Origin: Zygophlyctis sp. KS116
Lineage: Eukaryota; Fungi; Chytridiomycota
Length of the DNA: 5,797 nucleotides
Reading direction: 5' to 3'
Assembly: GCA_054661495.1 (NCBI GenBank)
Contig: BAAFSQ010000467.1
Coordinates: forward strand, 1-5,797
The notes beneath the pieces were generated by a model. The model was not told the origin of the DNA and ran no database searches. It was given only the letters and a program-made list of their open reading frames with translations. Shown one piece after another: positions 4,807 to 5,797 of the stretch. The number at the start of each line of letters is the position of its first letter. The first letter of the stretch is position 1. A program made the position numbers and the translations under genes.

Positions 4807-5797
4807 ATGGATTACTACAAATCTATTTGCTCTGCCTTGTTCTGGATTAAAGTGTATTTGTCAATCATGATCGCAGTAACTTGCATTACCATTCAATCAT
4901 TTCTAATCTATAACTTGCAATCACAGGGCATCATGATGAATTCATTTATAAATTCTCCAAATCAAATAGAATTACCAACTGTAAAATCAAACTTGAATTG
5001 TGATGCATCGCTGTCCAAAGCTAGGCTAGAACCGGATGATGATCAGTTCTTGTGGGGGTTCAGCGTTCAATGGGATGTTGATGATGCAGTCAGACTTAGT
5101 AATCGTTTAGGGAAAACAGCACCAATATTTAATACATTTATCAATATCAACAATACTCATTATGAATCAGATATACTAAATTGGCAATCACAACAGGTTC
5201 AGAGATTAAAAGGGATGTTGGAAATAACGGTTTTACCTACTGTAAAGATATCAGAGATTAGTGATGAAATGTTGTACAGGTTTGCAACCCAAATGCGAAA
5301 AATTAATTCATACTATGGAGTACCAGTGTTTTTAAGATTTGGGCCAGAAATGAATGGTATTAATTTAATTTTTTTAAATAATAGGGAATTGGATGGAAAA
5401 CTTTGGGCAAAGACCAAGTTTATTTTTACCTTGTTTTCAAAAATTAGCTAATTATGTTCATAGTTTAACTAATTTAACTGCGATGGTTTGGTCACCAAAT
5501 ATAGGTGCAGGCTATCCTTTTACTTCAAATGAATACAATTATGTAACTCCAAAACCTGGGTCTGTAGATTTTAATGCATTAGATACCAATAACGATGGGG
5601 TTATAAATAATCTTGATGATCCATACCTGCCTTACTATCCAGGTGATCAATATGTAGACTGGTAAGTACTTTCTTTTTAAAACTTTAGGGTGGGTATATC
5701 TGTGTATAATTTTGCTAGAGATGATGTAACTCAACAAGCAGTGCCTACATCTTTGCATACTGTACAAAGTTTTGTTTCTGCAAATCCATCACCTCAG
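4807..5797 (+). CDS. GH26-like glycoside hydrolase (beta-mannanase/glucanase fold) with N-terminal hydrophobic anchor or signal, 3'-truncated; exons 4807-5356, 5385-5661, 5689->5797
   Basis: Spliced motifs typical of GH26: PVFLRFGPEMNG|NW (acid/base Glu), MVWSPN, YYPGDQYVDW|VGISVY. Hydrophobic stretch ICSALFWIKVYLSIMIAVTCITIQSFLIY near the start. Confidence 0.85.
5357..5384 (+). other. Spliceosomal intron, 28 nt
   Basis: GTATTA...TAATAG; removal restores EMNG-NW. Confidence 0.93.
5662..5688 (+). other. Spliceosomal intron, 27 nt
   Basis: GTAAGT...CTTTAG; removal restores YVDW-VGISVY. Confidence 0.93.

Noticed and set aside
4568-4870. 100-aa GTG-start ORF across the divergent promoter
   Set aside because: It has a non-ATG start in a eukaryote, overlaps RPL16 exon 1 and the GH26 start, and is open largely because the region is GC-rich.
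4876-4926. Possible 51-nt in-frame intron (GTAACT...CTAAT...CACAG) in GH26 exon 1
   Set aside because: It is far outside the 24-32 nt size class, is not needed for the frame, and encodes part of a plausible hydrophobic segment. cDNA would be needed to exclude it fully.
5579-5767. Minus-strand 62-aa ORF
   Set aside because: It is antisense to conserved GH26 motifs.

Overview
This is AT-rich eukaryotic DNA with a standard genetic code and very compact gene packing (intergenic gaps of about 54-214 nt). Gene content suggests an early-diverging, chytrid-like fungus, but that is an inference. The ORF track is fragmented by tiny GT-AG introns: I reconstructed 15 of 24-32 nt (14 well supported, 712-737 tentative). 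Splicing them by hand gives five genes: (1) the 3' end of a protein with acidic tandem repeats and a very basic tail (<1-761, +); (2) a 10-exon F-BAR + RhoGAP-fold protein of about 613 aa whose arginine finger appears replaced by Ala (874-2967, +); (3) an intronless RimJ/RimL-type GNAT acetyltransferase (3180-3881, +); (4) 60S ribosomal protein uL13/RPL16 (3936-4592, -, 2 introns); (5) the 5' part of a GH26-like glycoside hydrolase with an EF-hand-like loop (4807->5797, +). The most notable signals are the narrow ~27-nt intron system, the putative pseudo-GAP, a GC-rich foldable island between RPL16 and the GH26 gene, and an inverted forkhead-like motif pair upstream of the F-BAR gene. No mobile element, CRISPR array, tRNA or rRNA is evident.
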